Sequence record: ON528737
Direction: 5' to 3' (one strand)
Origin: Shigella phage ESh27
DNA length: 64,000 bases
Shown piece by piece: positions 1 through 11,222 of this stretch (its first letter is position 1; every line of letters begins with the position of its first letter). Made by a program: the position numbers and the translations under genes. Below the pieces are notes generated by a model, which was not told the origin of the DNA, did no database searches, and saw only the letters and a list, made by a program, of their open reading frames with translations.

Positions 1-528
1 GTCTACAGGAATTTCGGTATGACTAAACATACTTTCTGTAGAATAATCCCATATTGAGCCGCCTGTACCAGAAGAAATACAACGAAGAGTAACTTTAGTA
101 TAAGGTGTAGTTATAACTAAATTACCTGCAACACCTTTAATAGAATCTAATGCTTGGATACTTAATGGGTTGTTTACAGAAATTGACCCGTTTGAATTTA
201 TAAATTCCACGGAATCACCGAGTTCACCTCTAGCAACAGTAACAATAACACCACCAGTAGAAGCATCTATGTCGTGTCTACTTCCTACTGGAACAGGGGT
301 GAAATAATCAGTAGGACCTCCTTTTTGGTAGTATCCAGTAGCATGGATTATTTGTCCATTTGGTCCTGTCCCATTAGCAGTTGCCATTTTTCGTTGGTCG
401 CCAAACGCATTGTAAATAGCATTTATATCATTGTTTATTTTAACACCGCCGTCAAAAAGGATATCGCCTGTAGAAGCGTTACCAATTTCGCCAACGTCAA
501 TCAATTGTTTTGGAGTTTGAATATACAT
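1..528 (-). CDS. 9: baseplate wedge / long tail fibre connector gp9, N-terminal part (gene runs off the window start)
   Basis: Minus-strand ATG at 528-526; N-terminus MYIQTPKQLIDVGEIGNASTGDI resembles T4 gp9; sits downstream of gene 8. Confidence 0.75.
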   Translation of the reverse strand, partial: MYIQTPKQLIDVGEIGNASTGDILFDGGVKINNDINAIYNAFGDQRKMATANGTGPNGQIIHATGYYQKGGPTDYFTPVPVGSRHDIDASTGGVIVTVARGELGDSVEFINSNGSISVNNPLSIQALDSIKGVAGNLVITTPYTKVTLRCISSGTGGSIWDYSTESMFSHTEIPVD

Positions 529-590
529 ATGGCTAATCCTTAATAGTTTATACTATTTATACACGAAAGGGAGACCGAAGTCTCCCTAAA

Positions 591-1595
591 TTAGAACATA
601 AACAAAATATTGATTTCTTCGGTTTGGTCCATTGCCATAATAATAGGTGGACGGTTTTCCATATAAATCATTTCACCCGAATGACGTTGTAAATCTCTGG
701 GGTCATAATAATCCTTTTCAGCTTTTATATTAGGGTCATTAGGACGGAGTTTAGCTTCCAACGGGTTTGTGATAATAGAAATTTGTCTAAATCCTTTATT
801 ACCAGGCAGTGCTGCATTAGGGAAATAAACTGAGTCTAAATAGGCTTTAAAACGAATTATGTTTGCTTTAACTCTATACACAAGGCCAAAATCATCTTGT
901 TGCCAGGTTAGATTGTTTTCATATCCCCAACGAGCAGGGTCTTCTTTAACTTCTTCCGGCCATGGAACGACTATATATTCATTAGTACATCGGTTTATAG
1001 ACACATCGGGTGGAATCTCATAAAGATACTCCCATATATATCCATCGCCAACTTCGATAATCCCTTCAGCATCTCCACGGCCTTCAGGAGGGGTTAAAGA
1101 CCTAACAGATGGAGTCCATTTACCGCCTAATTTAAGACATTCTTCTTTGTTGTCGAGAGACTCAATAGAACACATCCCAACGTCAGGAACATCTACGCAA
1201 CGGTATACTAACCATCCAGCTCCGACTTCAGTGGCATTATATGGGGCTGTATTACATACGACTATATCATTTATTTTGAATGTATAAGGGTCCGGATAAC
1301 GAATATCTCCCCAGTCACGTCTAGGAATAACCGAGTCTAACATAGATGGGATAACTTTAACTAAACCCATCATGTTAGTCCACATATCTGTTACACCTAA
1401 AACCGAGTCTGTTGGATACGGTGGGGCGAAGCCCACCTCATTTTCGTTAGCAGCCCATGGTTCAGACCGACCAAACGTTATAAAGATGGTGTTTTTATTA
1501 TCACCATCACCTATTGAATTGTAGAAATTCAACATTTTTTCAGTTCTAAATTTTGAAGTAACTATCGCACGATAGACAACACTTGAATCATTCAT
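591..1595 (-). CDS. 8: baseplate wedge subunit gp8
   Basis: 334-aa ORF, near-colinear with remembered T4 gp8 (MNDSSV...EINILF). Confidence 0.9.
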   Translation of the reverse strand: MNDSSVVYRAIVTSKFRTEKMLNFYNSIGDGDNKNTIFITFGRSEPWAANENEVGFAPPYPTDSVLGVTDMWTNMMGLVKVIPSMLDSVIPRRDWGDIRYPDPYTFKINDIVVCNTAPYNATEVGAGWLVYRCVDVPDVGMCSIESLDNKEECLKLGGKWTPSVRSLTPPEGRGDAEGIIEVGDGYIWEYLYEIPPDVSINRCTNEYIVVPWPEEVKEDPARWGYENNLTWQQDDFGLVYRVKANIIRFKAYLDSVYFPNAALPGNKGFRQISIITNPLEAKLRPNDPNIKAEKDYYDPRDLQRHSGEMIYMENRPPIIMAMDQTEEINILFMF

Positions 1596-4500
1596 CTAAT
1601 TTAACCTGCGGTGGATTAATCGGGTCTCTAGGATTTCCCACGTTATCTAACAATCTTTCATTAACAAGCTCTCTAAATCTAGAGAACGTTGTACCTGATG
1701 CATCAAATAATGGGCTCATCGGCTTGCGTCGTTCGGACGGTAATTGTCCTTGGAAAATAGAGTTATCATTTTCTTCATTATAATTTGCAGGTAAAGGGTA
1801 TTCGATACCGGCATAAGGACCAGCATCATAAATTACTTCACCTGTAACAGGATTGAATTCTACATTACCTTGAGGGTCTAAACGAGCGACGCGGTCTGCA
1901 TATTCAGTAGGCAGTCCGGAATCCCACTTATAATTTTTATATTTATTAATAATAGTTTCAACATGTTTAAGCGTTAATCCTGTATTAATAAACATTGTTA
2001 ATAAGGTTATTGCAATAAATCCAAATCCTACCGGATGTACAAAACGTAGTACGTCAGATTTCCAACGAGAGGATGGAAGATTTGACTTTATTTTCATGAC
2101 GTAATAAGCTCTACCACGATTAAAATAATCGATAGTGTTTTGGGCAAGTTCTTTACCTTTAATACCGCGAACTATTTCACCTTCAAAATCTGCTAGTCTT
2201 TCGGCTTTTACTTCTTGACCGACTAAAAGCCTACCTAAAAGGTTATGAATAGTCACAGTCCATTGTAATTTACCTTTAGAATAGCTTCTTTCCAAATATG
2301 TAACATTACATCTACCTGTAGCGGTGTATATAGTTTGTCCAACCAAATCTTCACTTATGGAATCAGATTGAATTATGATATCATACTCTGTTCCAGCAGA
2401 TGACTCGATTTCCACTTCAACGTCTTCGTTATAAAGAACTTTAAACAAAAACTTATACGACGCTTCAGTTCCTTTAGTAGAATAAAAATCATAACTTCTA
2501 GACTCAAAGAACCTAGAAACTAAATCACGTTTCTCGGCATTCAAATAAATGTTCCGTTTATAAATTTCAGACCAAAGATATTCCCACGCGTGTTCTTCTC
2601 GTGGGTATTTATTTTTAATCAAATTCAATAAGTTATTATAATGAGTCCCGTATCCGTCAGAAAGATATTGAATATACGCTTCACAAAACGCTTCAAAGTT
2701 TGTATTATCCAACAGATAAGACTCTGGCATCATTGTAGTGAGTAATGGGCGTAAATCCGGGTCAGCTAGACCTGTCTCTTCAACAGGAACCCAAGAAGTT
2801 TCTTTTTCTTGGTTTTGTAATGAGGCGGTCAAAAATACGTTAGTGGGCTTCCAAATTATAGAAACGTTATCTCTAACACGATAACTAAAATCGTAATATG
2901 AAATTATTTCACCTGATGATTTATAAAACAACATACCAGATGCGTATTTTTTAAATCCAGTGAATTCTATATTCGGCATAACAATCTTACAATCACCATC
3001 ATTCCAGTATTCATGAACTTTACGATCAGGTGAAGTGCTAGGGTGGCTTTCCACTACCTTTGTATAAAGCAAATCAGAATAAATCACTACCGCTCTATCA
3101 GAGTTATTAATCCAAGAACGTGTGCCTGATTTTCTAGAATAACTAAAGAAAGGTTCTGCATAATACTGCATAGGAGTTGGTGAAAAAGTTTCCCAATTAC
3201 TTTCTTCGTTTGATGCGAAAATCATCATATGGTAATGTTTATCTGCGAGCCATTCTCTAGGATATTCATACTTAACTGCTCCTAAAAGTCCATACTTAGA
3301 TTGCGTTTCTGGGTCGTCAACAACATCAGATTCTAAAAATTTAAAATTACTAGAAGAGATATAAAGCTCAACACCATCAGTAGACATATTGGTGAAAGCC
3401 GGTTCTATACGACGGCGTTCTTCTTCGGTATTACCAAATATCCTTTTAAATGTTCCAGCGTCATGGTCTAAAACGTATACACCTTTATCAACGGAATCTA
3501 AAATAGGCTTTGTTCTTGGGTCGTCATTAACGTTTTCGACTTCACCAATAATAAGAGCGAATATTCTCCCACCAACAGAATCCATTTTATAACAAACTGC
3601 TTTAGGGTTGCCTGTTATTGTAAACGTCTCAGGTTCAAACAACCGTTCGGAATAGGTCGGAGATAATGGATCTGAATCAATAGGAGCGTTACTGGTTTTA
3701 ACGAAGCGAACTTTATCTCTGGCCGCAATATAAACATAGTCATCATTACAAGTAATAGCTTCTGCAATACGTGATACGTTTCCTGGTAATGACGCGTATG
3801 TACCGAAAATCTCTACATCAAAACCTAAATTTAATTGGTCCCCAATTTTAGCAAATGTTACATCTTGTGAACTGAAACGAACATCATCAGCAGACCAACG
3901 AATATCGGATGATTTACGCCCGTAAAAAATCTTATCATAGCCGAGCAAATACGTCGTATATTCTGATTGGTAATATACGGTTCGTGAAAGTGGATATCCT
4001 ACACGGTCATTAAGCAATTTAACCGCTTTCCATGTTTGGCCTTTATCATTAGACACTTTTACAATAGGTTGGAATCTTTCAAAAAGGTAAAGAATTCCTT
4101 CAGATTCCATTAGATATACTCGATTTATATCTTTACATACATCCTGGATATGCCCCTGGATTTCATGATACTGATTTTCACCAATTATAAAATTTCTAAT
4201 CGATGACACATCGGTGTATGCAGGACTAAATTGGAACGACTCGCTCATCAGTGCTGCCATGATCGTGTCATTATTAAAATCAACGTAGTTTGTATTATTT
4301 TTTGTAAATTTTTCAGAAATAAACTCGTTAGCTAATTGCATTTCAATCATATGTTGGAATGTGTAAGCGTTTATTTCAAATGTTTCAAACTCTTCGGTGT
4401 ATCTCCAATCAGACTGCTCAAATCCCTCCGCTGCTGTAGCCACACGCATCATATATGTTGTTAATGAATTTAAACCAGACTCAAAGAAATTGTTATCAGC

Positions 4501-4686
4501 TGTATATCCTAAATTAGTCCATCTATAGCTATTACGGGGAATTGCTTCCCCGTTAGCTGTTTTGGTCTCAGCTATTTCCACAAAATAGTAGAAATTAGCG
4601 CCAACCTCATCCCAGCGAATTTGAACTTGGTTTGCGGACAATTTAGATAATCTGAGACTCGTGACTGCTGGCGCTTTTACTGTCAT
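1588..4686 (-). CDS. 7: baseplate wedge initiator gp7
   Basis: 1032-aa ORF, same length as T4 gp7; position between genes 6 and 8. Confidence 0.9.
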   Translation of the reverse strand: MTVKAPAVTSLRLSKLSANQVQIRWDEVGANFYYFVEIAETKTANGEAIPRNSYRWTNLGYTADNNFFESGLNSLTTYMMRVATAAEGFEQSDWRYTEEFETFEINAYTFQHMIEMQLANEFISEKFTKNNTNYVDFNNDTIMAALMSESFQFSPAYTDVSSIRNFIIGENQYHEIQGHIQDVCKDINRVYLMESEGILYLFERFQPIVKVSNDKGQTWKAVKLLNDRVGYPLSRTVYYQSEYTTYLLGYDKIFYGRKSSDIRWSADDVRFSSQDVTFAKIGDQLNLGFDVEIFGTYASLPGNVSRIAEAITCNDDYVYIAARDKVRFVKTSNAPIDSDPLSPTYSERLFEPETFTITGNPKAVCYKMDSVGGRIFALIIGEVENVNDDPRTKPILDSVDKGVYVLDHDAGTFKRIFGNTEEERRRIEPAFTNMSTDGVELYISSSNFKFLESDVVDDPETQSKYGLLGAVKYEYPREWLADKHYHMMIFASNEESNWETFSPTPMQYYAEPFFSYSRKSGTRSWINNSDRAVVIYSDLLYTKVVESHPSTSPDRKVHEYWNDGDCKIVMPNIEFTGFKKYASGMLFYKSSGEIISYYDFSYRVRDNVSIIWKPTNVFLTASLQNQEKETSWVPVEETGLADPDLRPLLTTMMPESYLLDNTNFEAFCEAYIQYLSDGYGTHYNNLLNLIKNKYPREEHAWEYLWSEIYKRNIYLNAEKRDLVSRFFESRSYDFYSTKGTEASYKFLFKVLYNEDVEVEIESSAGTEYDIIIQSDSISEDLVGQTIYTATGRCNVTYLERSYSKGKLQWTVTIHNLLGRLLVGQEVKAERLADFEGEIVRGIKGKELAQNTIDYFNRGRAYYVMKIKSNLPSSRWKSDVLRFVHPVGFGFIAITLLTMFINTGLTLKHVETIINKYKNYKWDSGLPTEYADRVARLDPQGNVEFNPVTGEVIYDAGPYAGIEYPLPANYNEENDNSIFQGQLPSERRKPMSPLFDASGTTFSRFRELVNERLLDNVGNPRDPINPPQVKLDE

Positions 4687-6653
4687 TGTGAAATAGGCTC
4701 CAAATCTATGGTTAAATATTGTGGACGTAAGTCATTTTCAAATACAATTAATGACCCGTCTTTAGTAAAGATAACATCATCAGCTGGGTCTGAATAGAGT
4801 TCAATAGTTTGAACTTCAAACCTATCAGATGTTAAATCAATTTTAGCTATATTCCAATAAATTGAATCAGCCGGATAATTTACTTCACCTATAGAGTAAT
4901 ATTTGTTTCTTCCGTCCGTAACATGAAGTTTATTAAAATCGTCACCAGTATATGGTTGAATATAAGCATTTTCCATAACGTCGCCATCTGCAAACGGGCC
5001 AATGATAACTTGTCCAATGCCACGGTCATTTCTATCTGAACCTACAATGCGAACATCGTATTTAATGGTAGCTTCCGTTTCAGGGTCAACGCGTAAACTA
5101 TCAAATGAAAACACGTTAGATTCTAATGTTCTATCTTTAATCTGGTTATTGTATTTAATACCTGTTTCAGGTGTTTTGTAGAAGTTCTGTACCTCGCGAA
5201 CCATTTGAATAGTCGCAGATGAACCAATGATAGAAATGTCTGCGTCATCGACATACGTTAGCATTTTAGATTTTGCGAATGACGAGTTAAAAATTTCCAC
5301 GTCTTCAATATAATACCGGTCGATTTTATTAATAATTTGGCCTTCTAACCATTGTTCAGATTCCTGTAATTTGTTCAATGCATATGTAACGCGAATATTC
5401 ATTTTAATAAACAAATAATCAGGAGAAATAACAACAGGAGTTATCGTCCCTAAGTTATACTCATTAAGATAATTTTTAATATCGTCTCGTTGGACGGAAG
5501 TCAAATATAACCCAGACTTAGGTTTAGCAGCAATAAATGCGTACCCAGGCTTAGATGAATCCGTAAATGTCTGAACCGCTTGAATAATAGAACCAAATCG
5601 TTCAGAGACGAATGTGTCGTAATCGGTCGCTGTCACACATCGTTGTTGAGTTTCACGTTTAATTGTACCTAATTCACGGATACGTTCAATATCTTCAGGG
5701 TCGCCACCGCCATCCGCACCAACGAAGTCAGGGTTATTACTTGGGTTTTCATTAATTCCAATAACTGTGATATTAGCTAATGTATCAGCATAAGAGAATC
5801 CTACTGCACCATTTGCTTCAGCACCATTAGTAGAAATATATTCAATTACTATTTTAGAACCCTGGACAGGTTTAAGGCCGCCAATGTAGTTAGATGTTAA
5901 AGCACCTTCTGACGTGTTAATAGAGATTTCACCTTCACCAAAATAAAATTCAGTGTTCCCGTCAACAGTTTCTCGCATATAATAAATGGTTGAAGTAGAA
6001 CCAGCATGAACCATCGATTTGCGAGTCCAGTTAATCCATTCTGCTCCGTCAACATACAATTTAACCAAATTACGGTCAATGTTCTTATCACGAATAATGA
6101 TAGGTTTTAATTTATCAAATGTTAATTCAGTACGAACAATACGTCCCTGAGCTAACCTAAGACGTGGGAAATATTGATTATTTTTGTCTTTAACTACAAT
6201 GACGTCTTCAGTGGAAACAAAGTTATATGGATTTACAGAAGTACCTTTAGCATACGCCAGGAAACGAGTACCACGTGGAATAGTGATATAGTTTCTATTT
6301 AATGCATCCGTACATGTGAGCATAATTTCTGTTTGTGCTGCCGATTTAGATGCAGGCAGATATCCATTATCCTGAGCCGCTTGTACAACGGAACTGCGCA
6401 AGTTAGCAGTACGCATAAAGCTTTCATACACTGCACTATTACTGAACTGTTGGATATAAAGAGTATTATATGCTAAAAGGTCACACAATACGTTTAAACG
6501 CGAACCTTCAAAATCATAATCAAGAAATTCGTTCTGTCCATTGAGCCATTCGATTATATTTGTTTTAATTTCGGCAAATGTGCCCCCGATAAAAATTTCG
6601 GGAATAGCATTCGCCGTTCTGACTAACTGATAATTTACAGGAGTGTTTGCCAT
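4683..6653 (-). CDS. 6: baseplate wedge subunit gp6
   Basis: Start set at internal MANTPVNYQ (T4 gp6 N-terminus); ORF track extends 19 codons upstream. Confidence 0.88.
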   Translation of the reverse strand: MANTPVNYQLVRTANAIPEIFIGGTFAEIKTNIIEWLNGQNEFLDYDFEGSRLNVLCDLLAYNTLYIQQFSNSAVYESFMRTANLRSSVVQAAQDNGYLPASKSAAQTEIMLTCTDALNRNYITIPRGTRFLAYAKGTSVNPYNFVSTEDVIVVKDKNNQYFPRLRLAQGRIVRTELTFDKLKPIIIRDKNIDRNLVKLYVDGAEWINWTRKSMVHAGSTSTIYYMRETVDGNTEFYFGEGEISINTSEGALTSNYIGGLKPVQGSKIVIEYISTNGAEANGAVGFSYADTLANITVIGINENPSNNPDFVGADGGGDPEDIERIRELGTIKRETQQRCVTATDYDTFVSERFGSIIQAVQTFTDSSKPGYAFIAAKPKSGLYLTSVQRDDIKNYLNEYNLGTITPVVISPDYLFIKMNIRVTYALNKLQESEQWLEGQIINKIDRYYIEDVEIFNSSFAKSKMLTYVDDADISIIGSSATIQMVREVQNFYKTPETGIKYNNQIKDRTLESNVFSFDSLRVDPETEATIKYDVRIVGSDRNDRGIGQVIIGPFADGDVMENAYIQPYTGDDFNKLHVTDGRNKYYSIGEVNYPADSIYWNIAKIDLTSDRFEVQTIELYSDPADDVIFTKDGSLIVFENDLRPQYLTIDLEPISQ

Positions 6654-6661
6654 TTTAATTC

Positions 6662-6955
6662 CTATTTTATAAAGACTTTTGACGAGGCCTGAGAAACAGT
6701 GTCCCCGCATGAAATTGGGTCAGCCATTTGAACGGCCTTTTTACCGGTGACATATACTTTAGATGTACGAGGTTCAGTAACACCACCATGAGTCTCGTAC
6801 GGTTTTTTAATTTCTGTATGAGGTGTTATTTGGTCTCCTGCTACAAGAACAGGAATACCGCCGGTGAATACTTTAGATTGAGAAGCATTAATTACTGTAG
6901 GAGGCCATGCTTCATGACCTGTTGTAACGCACTGGTCGTAACTTAATCCAGACAT
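6662..6955 (-). CDS. 5.4: PAAR-repeat spike tip protein gp5.4
   Basis: 97 aa from [19 protein letters not shown]; matches remembered T4 gp5.4. Confidence 0.85.
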   Translation of the reverse strand: MSGLSYDQCVTTGHEAWPPTVINASQSKVFTGGIPVLVAGDQITPHTEIKKPYETHGGVTEPRTSKVYVTGKKAVQMADPISCGDTVSQASSKVFIK

Positions 6956-6957
6956 TT

Positions 6958-7473
6958 TTATGGCCTCGCATAAACATAGTTTCGTAATTGTTGAGCCCAT
7001 TTGCTCCAATTTCCTACTATAGTTTTTGTATAAACCTTAGTAAGAGTTTTTTGTACCGGAGCTGGCGGAGGTTCTATACTAGAGTCACTTCTTGAGCCGC
7101 CTGATGAACCTTCTTCTTGGTAGTTATAAATCATTTCAACCGTATAACTAAATACTTTACGGAGGTTCTGAGGAGCTCTCCACAAATATAGTTGAGTGCT
7201 TTGGTCTTGTGGTAAATCTTCCCATGAAGATGCAGTTTTAAAATCATCGTTTAATCGATATTTCAATGCATCTGAAGAAAAGCTAAATACGCTTTCGTAT
7301 GTTCCATATAAGTGATTACCGTCAACTGTAATGCCTTGTGTTGGTTCATAATCTATTATATTTATTGACACCAAAGTTTCGGTAGTTTCTAACTGCGGAG
7401 TAAAAAGGACGTCAATAGACGCCCCTTCCATGTCTTCTCCTAAGTCGGTATTTAAAGGAAGTATTTGTGCCAT
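6958..7473 (-). CDS. 5.1: gp5.1-like protein
   Basis: 171-aa ORF between gene 5 and 5.4, T4 synteny. Confidence 0.6.
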   Translation of the reverse strand: MAQILPLNTDLGEDMEGASIDVLFTPQLETTETLVSINIIDYEPTQGITVDGNHLYGTYESVFSFSSDALKYRLNDDFKTASSWEDLPQDQSTQLYLWRAPQNLRKVFSYTVEMIYNYQEEGSSGGSRSDSSIEPPPAPVQKTLTKVYTKTIVGNWSKWAQQLRNYVYARP

Positions 7474-7476
7474 ATA

Positions 7477-9210
7477 TTACCCAATATCAATACGAGACCC
7501 GTCAACAGTATATTGTCCTGAAGCTATTGAGCTCATTGTAGTCATTGTCTCCGACCAATTACCAGCAACAGTCATATCAACATTACCATTAACCGTCCAT
7601 TTAACATTACCATTGACAGTATAGTCATGATTCCCTTCGACCTGAGTTTTAGCATCACCTTTAACAAGAATATCTGCATTTCCGTCAACAACTATTTTGA
7701 TATTACCCTTAACGTAAAGAGTTCCATCACCTTCAACAGTTTTAGTTTGGTTACCGCGAATAAAGATTGTGTCATTGCCGTCTATTTGATGGAGGCGGTC
7801 TGCCATGTTATAATATATTTCGTTAGCACCAACGTTAACAAGTTTATCACCAGAAACCAGGAAATTCCCATCACCGTTAGTGATGTCAAAAAGGTCTTCT
7901 ACAGTTTTACGAGTGCGACGCCCGGATGGAGAAACTTCCTCATACGACCCTGTTGGATGAACTAAGCGATAACGTTCGTTACCTGGAGTGTCGTCAAACT
8001 CTTGGATATGACCGCTTTCTGTTTCCATAGCATGAACATACGGGTATTCACCACGATAACTTGATTCAGGTTCTTTAAAAAGGATACGCGAATCTAATGG
8101 AACAGGAGGACCAGCCGGGTCTTCTGGATCGGTATTTCTAGTAACTAAATCGGCACCGACTCCTGGTGAAGGTGGTGTTTTAACAGGAACGCCATATGAT
8201 TCCATGTTACCAGTTAAAATAATTGTTGTTACACGTGAAGCACGCCCTTTAGTCTGTTGGAACCATAACGAATCGCGCCCGGATTTGTATGCGGTTTTCC
8301 AATCGCCTGTGGCCATTGCTTTAAGCATAGTATTGAATTTTGCTACACCGCCAACGCCCATTTGGAAGCACATGTTTTCTAATGCCATTTGGCGAGACCT
8401 ATTCATTTTGGCATAAACAGGTCCTACTTTAGAATTAGAACGAATGTCTTTCTGCATCTTAGCAAGGTCCTTCTCAAATAGAGCTGTTGCTTCTTCTAAT
8501 GTAATAGTCCCGGGATTTCCTGTTACTTCACGCCCTACTTGATCTGATAACAATTTATTAATTCGAGTCATGTCTCGGGTCTTTTCCATTACGATAAGGT
8601 GTCCAATACCTACTGTAGGATACCCTAGATGGTCCCAATAAACTTTATCACGAAGACCTTCATCACGACGTAACATTTCTGTTATTGTAAAATTAGGGTC
8701 ATCATCTTCTGGAATATTTGCTAAATCTGTATCATCTGGGTTTATACCATAATCTAAGTTGTTATCTTGAATTACGTTAGAATTCGAATAATAACCAGCT
8801 TCACCACCTTGGTTTAATACGTTCGTATCATTACCTAAACGTCGTGGATATTGACCTGTAGGGTCGGAAAAACCTTCGAGTCTATTAGGCTTTTCACGTA
8901 CTATTCCGCCATATGTACCAAGTACAATACCGTTTGTTTTCCATTTGTCTAAGAAATGACCATATACTCGAGTTCCTTCGACAGGGCCTGTAACAGAACC
9001 ACCAATACCCGACATTGATGCCGATGTAATAGGTTGAATAACAGTCATCCATGGAAGTTTTTCGGTAGGAATACCTTGTACGTCACCTTGTGCTCTCTGC
9101 GCAGGATGAAGTCCTACGACTCGTACTCGAACACGCCCTTGTTTCAATGGGTCCATTCTGTCCTCGACAACACCCACGAACCAATTAAGGCTACTGCTAA
9201 TCATTTCCAT
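7477..9210 (-). CDS. 5: baseplate hub / tail-associated lysozyme gp5
   Basis: 577 aa; internal T4-lysozyme-like segment (YWDHLGYPTVGIGHL...); C-terminal VxGxxxVxG beta-helix repeats. Confidence 0.9.
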   Translation of the reverse strand: MEMISSSLNWFVGVVEDRMDPLKQGRVRVRVVGLHPAQRAQGDVQGIPTEKLPWMTVIQPITSASMSGIGGSVTGPVEGTRVYGHFLDKWKTNGIVLGTYGGIVREKPNRLEGFSDPTGQYPRRLGNDTNVLNQGGEAGYYSNSNVIQDNNLDYGINPDDTDLANIPEDDDPNFTITEMLRRDEGLRDKVYWDHLGYPTVGIGHLIVMEKTRDMTRINKLLSDQVGREVTGNPGTITLEEATALFEKDLAKMQKDIRSNSKVGPVYAKMNRSRQMALENMCFQMGVGGVAKFNTMLKAMATGDWKTAYKSGRDSLWFQQTKGRASRVTTIILTGNMESYGVPVKTPPSPGVGADLVTRNTDPEDPAGPPVPLDSRILFKEPESSYRGEYPYVHAMETESGHIQEFDDTPGNERYRLVHPTGSYEEVSPSGRRTRKTVEDLFDITNGDGNFLVSGDKLVNVGANEIYYNMADRLHQIDGNDTIFIRGNQTKTVEGDGTLYVKGNIKIVVDGNADILVKGDAKTQVEGNHDYTVNGNVKWTVNGNVDMTVAGNWSETMTTMSSIASGQYTVDGSRIDIG

Positions 9211-9785
9211 TATGCAATCTCCATCTCACGAATCAAATCAGTAATAAACGAGTTTATATCTTCTTTTGCAACAATTTTTATTTTACGAAGTTTTTCATTA
9301 TCTAGTACAGCAGCTTCGTAAGTATCTACTGCAGCTAAAGGTCCTTTATATTGTGGATACTTACGAGCTTTATCGCCTTTATCATACCATACTAATGGCT
9401 CATCTGGATATGAAACTAAGTTATAAAATTTCTCGCGTTTTTCGTTAATATGATAAAGAATTTGGTCTCCGCCAGCATTTGCATATTTCTGAATAGACGC
9501 TTGATACGCTGCTTCCTGAGATGTAATCCAACCATAATACGGGTCGTAATTGTCATTACACATCAAAAGGACCCAGTATAATTGTGGATTACCATAAATG
9601 ATATTTGCTAGTTCTTCTGGGCGTGGAGAACCTTTAATATAATAAGTTTGTAATCTATAGTTGGTCGCAACACGTTTAAAGTACTCTTTATAATTACGAA
9701 ATATGTCTGTCATAGGAATAGTAGGTGCGTTCTTATTAATGGTTTTAGCACTATATCCTATTGGGTCGAAGAATGTAAATAACAA
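9210..9785 (-). CDS. 53: baseplate wedge protein gp53
   Basis: 191 aa MLFTFFDPIGY...; first codon is TTG at 9785-9783 preceded by AAGGAG. Confidence 0.85.
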   Translation of the reverse strand: MLFTFFDPIGYSAKTINKNAPTIPMTDIFRNYKEYFKRVATNYRLQTYYIKGSPRPEELANIIYGNPQLYWVLLMCNDNYDPYYGWITSQEAAYQASIQKYANAGGDQILYHINEKREKFYNLVSYPDEPLVWYDKGDKARKYPQYKGPLAAVDTYEAAVLDNEKLRKIKIVAKEDINSFITDLIREMEIA

Positions 9786-9812
9786 GATAGTCTCCTTCCA
9801 ATATAAAATTGG

Positions 9813-9820
9813 TATAAATA
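9813..9820 (+). promoter_or_regulatory. late promoter (TATAAATA) for gene 4
   Basis: TATAAATA 27 nt upstream of gene 4 ATG, followed by AAGGAGG. Confidence 0.5.
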
Positions 9821-9827
9821 ATAATAC

Positions 9828-9835
9828 TATTTATA
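9828..9835 (-). promoter_or_regulatory. late promoter (TATAAATA) for gene 53
   Basis: Reverse complement TATAAATA about 43 nt upstream of gene 53 start; divergent with gene 4 promoter. Confidence 0.5.
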
Positions 9836-9846
9836 AGGAGGACAAC

Positions 9847-10296
9847 ATGGCCTACTCTGGTAAATGGGTCCCAAAAAATTTAAAAAAATACCGTGGAGAC
9901 CATACCAAAATAACGTATCGTTCAAACTGGGAAAAATTCTTTTTCGAATGGTTGGATAAAAATCCAGAAATTATTGCATGGGGCAGCGAAACAGCAGTAA
10001 TTCCATATTTCTGTAACGCAGAAGGTAAGAAACGTCGATACTATATGGACATATGGATGAAAGATGCATCAGGTCAAGAGTTTTTTGTAGAAATAAAACC
10101 AAAGAAAGAAACTCAACCACCTATTAAGCCTGCAAATCTTACGACCGCGGCAAAGAAACGTTATATGAATGAAATATATACTTGGTCTGTGAACTGTGAC
10201 AAATGGAAAGCTGCCTCAGCTGTTGCTGAAAAGAGAAATATAAAATTTCGAGTTCTAACCGAAGACGGACTTAGGAAACTCGGATACAAGGGGTAA
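9847..10296 (+). CDS. 4: head completion protein gp4
   Basis: Start [11 protein letters not shown] after AAGGAGG; 149 aa like T4 gp4; upstream extension in ORF track rejected. Confidence 0.85.
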   Translation: MAYSGKWVPKNLKKYRGDHTKITYRSNWEKFFFEWLDKNPEIIAWGSETAVIPYFCNAEGKKRRYYMDIWMKDASGQEFFVEIKPKKETQPPIKPANLTTAAKKRYMNEIYTWSVNCDKWKAASAVAEKRNIKFRVLTEDGLRKLGYKG

Positions 10297-10298
10297 TT

Positions 10299-11120
10299 AT
10301 GAGCATATTCCAAATTATATCTGAAGGCGTACAAGCCCCTAAGATTGCTCAGTCTATGAATGAAAGAAAATGGATTGAGATAGGATTAGAATACAAGAAA
10401 GCTAAAGAGAAAGGAATCACTGCAAAAGCATTTGCAGAATCAAAAGGAATAAAATACTCGTCATTTACATCTGCAATGTCTAGATATGCATCATCTATTA
10501 AGACTGCACAGAAAATTGAAACGCTTGAATCTAAGCCTAAAAATAAACTCAATAAGCAAGAACGCCAGCTTCTGATGATAAACTCGTTTCGCAGTTCAAT
10601 ACGAGAAAAGATTAGAAATGAAGGTGCAGCAGTAAACAACAAATCATCCAAGTGGTTCGTTGAAACAATTAAGAAAAGTGTAAAAGGCCATAAAGTAGTC
10701 AAACCTACACCAGGCAAAATTTATACTTACGTGTATGATGCTAAACATAAAGATACTCTGCCGTATTGGGACCGATATCCTTTGATTATTTATTTAGGAT
10801 TAGGTAAACATAATTTGATGTATGGTCTAAACTTGCACTATATCCCGCCTAAAGCACGTCAACAGTTTCTTGAAGAATTGCTGAAGCAATATGCTAGCAC
10901 AACTACTATTACTAATAACACAAAGTTGAAGATAGACTGGAGCAAGGTGAAAGGATTTCAAGGTGCTGACAAAATGATTAAAGCATACCTACCAGGACAC
11001 ATTAGAGGAACAATAACAGAAATCGCTCCTAAAGACTGGGCTAACATAATCATGTTACCTACTCAACAGTTTATGTCAAAAGGAAAACGTTTCTCTGCGA
11101 ATACTGTTTGGAAATCTTAA
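10299..11120 (+). CDS. 2: DNA end protector protein gp2
   Basis: 273 aa, T4 gp2 size and position. Confidence 0.85.
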   Translation: MSIFQIISEGVQAPKIAQSMNERKWIEIGLEYKKAKEKGITAKAFAESKGIKYSSFTSAMSRYASSIKTAQKIETLESKPKNKLNKQERQLLMINSFRSSIREKIRNEGAAVNNKSSKWFVETIKKSVKGHKVVKPTPGKIYTYVYDAKHKDTLPYWDRYPLIIYLGLGKHNLMYGLNLHYIPPKARQQFLEELLKQYASTTTITNNTKLKIDWSKVKGFQGADKMIKAYLPGHIRGTITEIAPKDWANIIMLPTQQFMSKGKRFSANTVWKS

Positions 11121-11222
11121 TTCTATTCTCTTCCGTTCTTCTGACATTCTGTTGAACCGGATTAATGGAAGAGACCTAAAACCATTATACTGCATTTTTA
11201 TTAAAGCGTTTTTGAGGTGCTT

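Noticed and set aside
274-543. Plus-strand 89-aa ORF
   Set aside because: Lies antisense inside the gene 9 coding region, with no RBS and no recognisable domain; the minus-strand frame carries the conserved gp9 N-terminus
1583-9448. Small plus-strand ORFs inside baseplate genes (1583-1783, 3389-3592, 6728-6946, 7430-7624, 7627-7965, 8204-8416, 9034-9321, 9266-9448)
   Set aside because: All are antisense to long conserved minus-strand structural genes; judged frame-shadow ORFs
9703-9846. Upstream extension of the gene 4 ORF, and similar N-terminal extensions in the ORF track
   Set aside because: The track opens ORFs at the first ATG/TTG/GTG; the extension overlaps gene 53 and the late promoters, and conserved N-termini with an SD begin further downstream (same reasoning for gp6, e, denV, gp55, gp45 and others)
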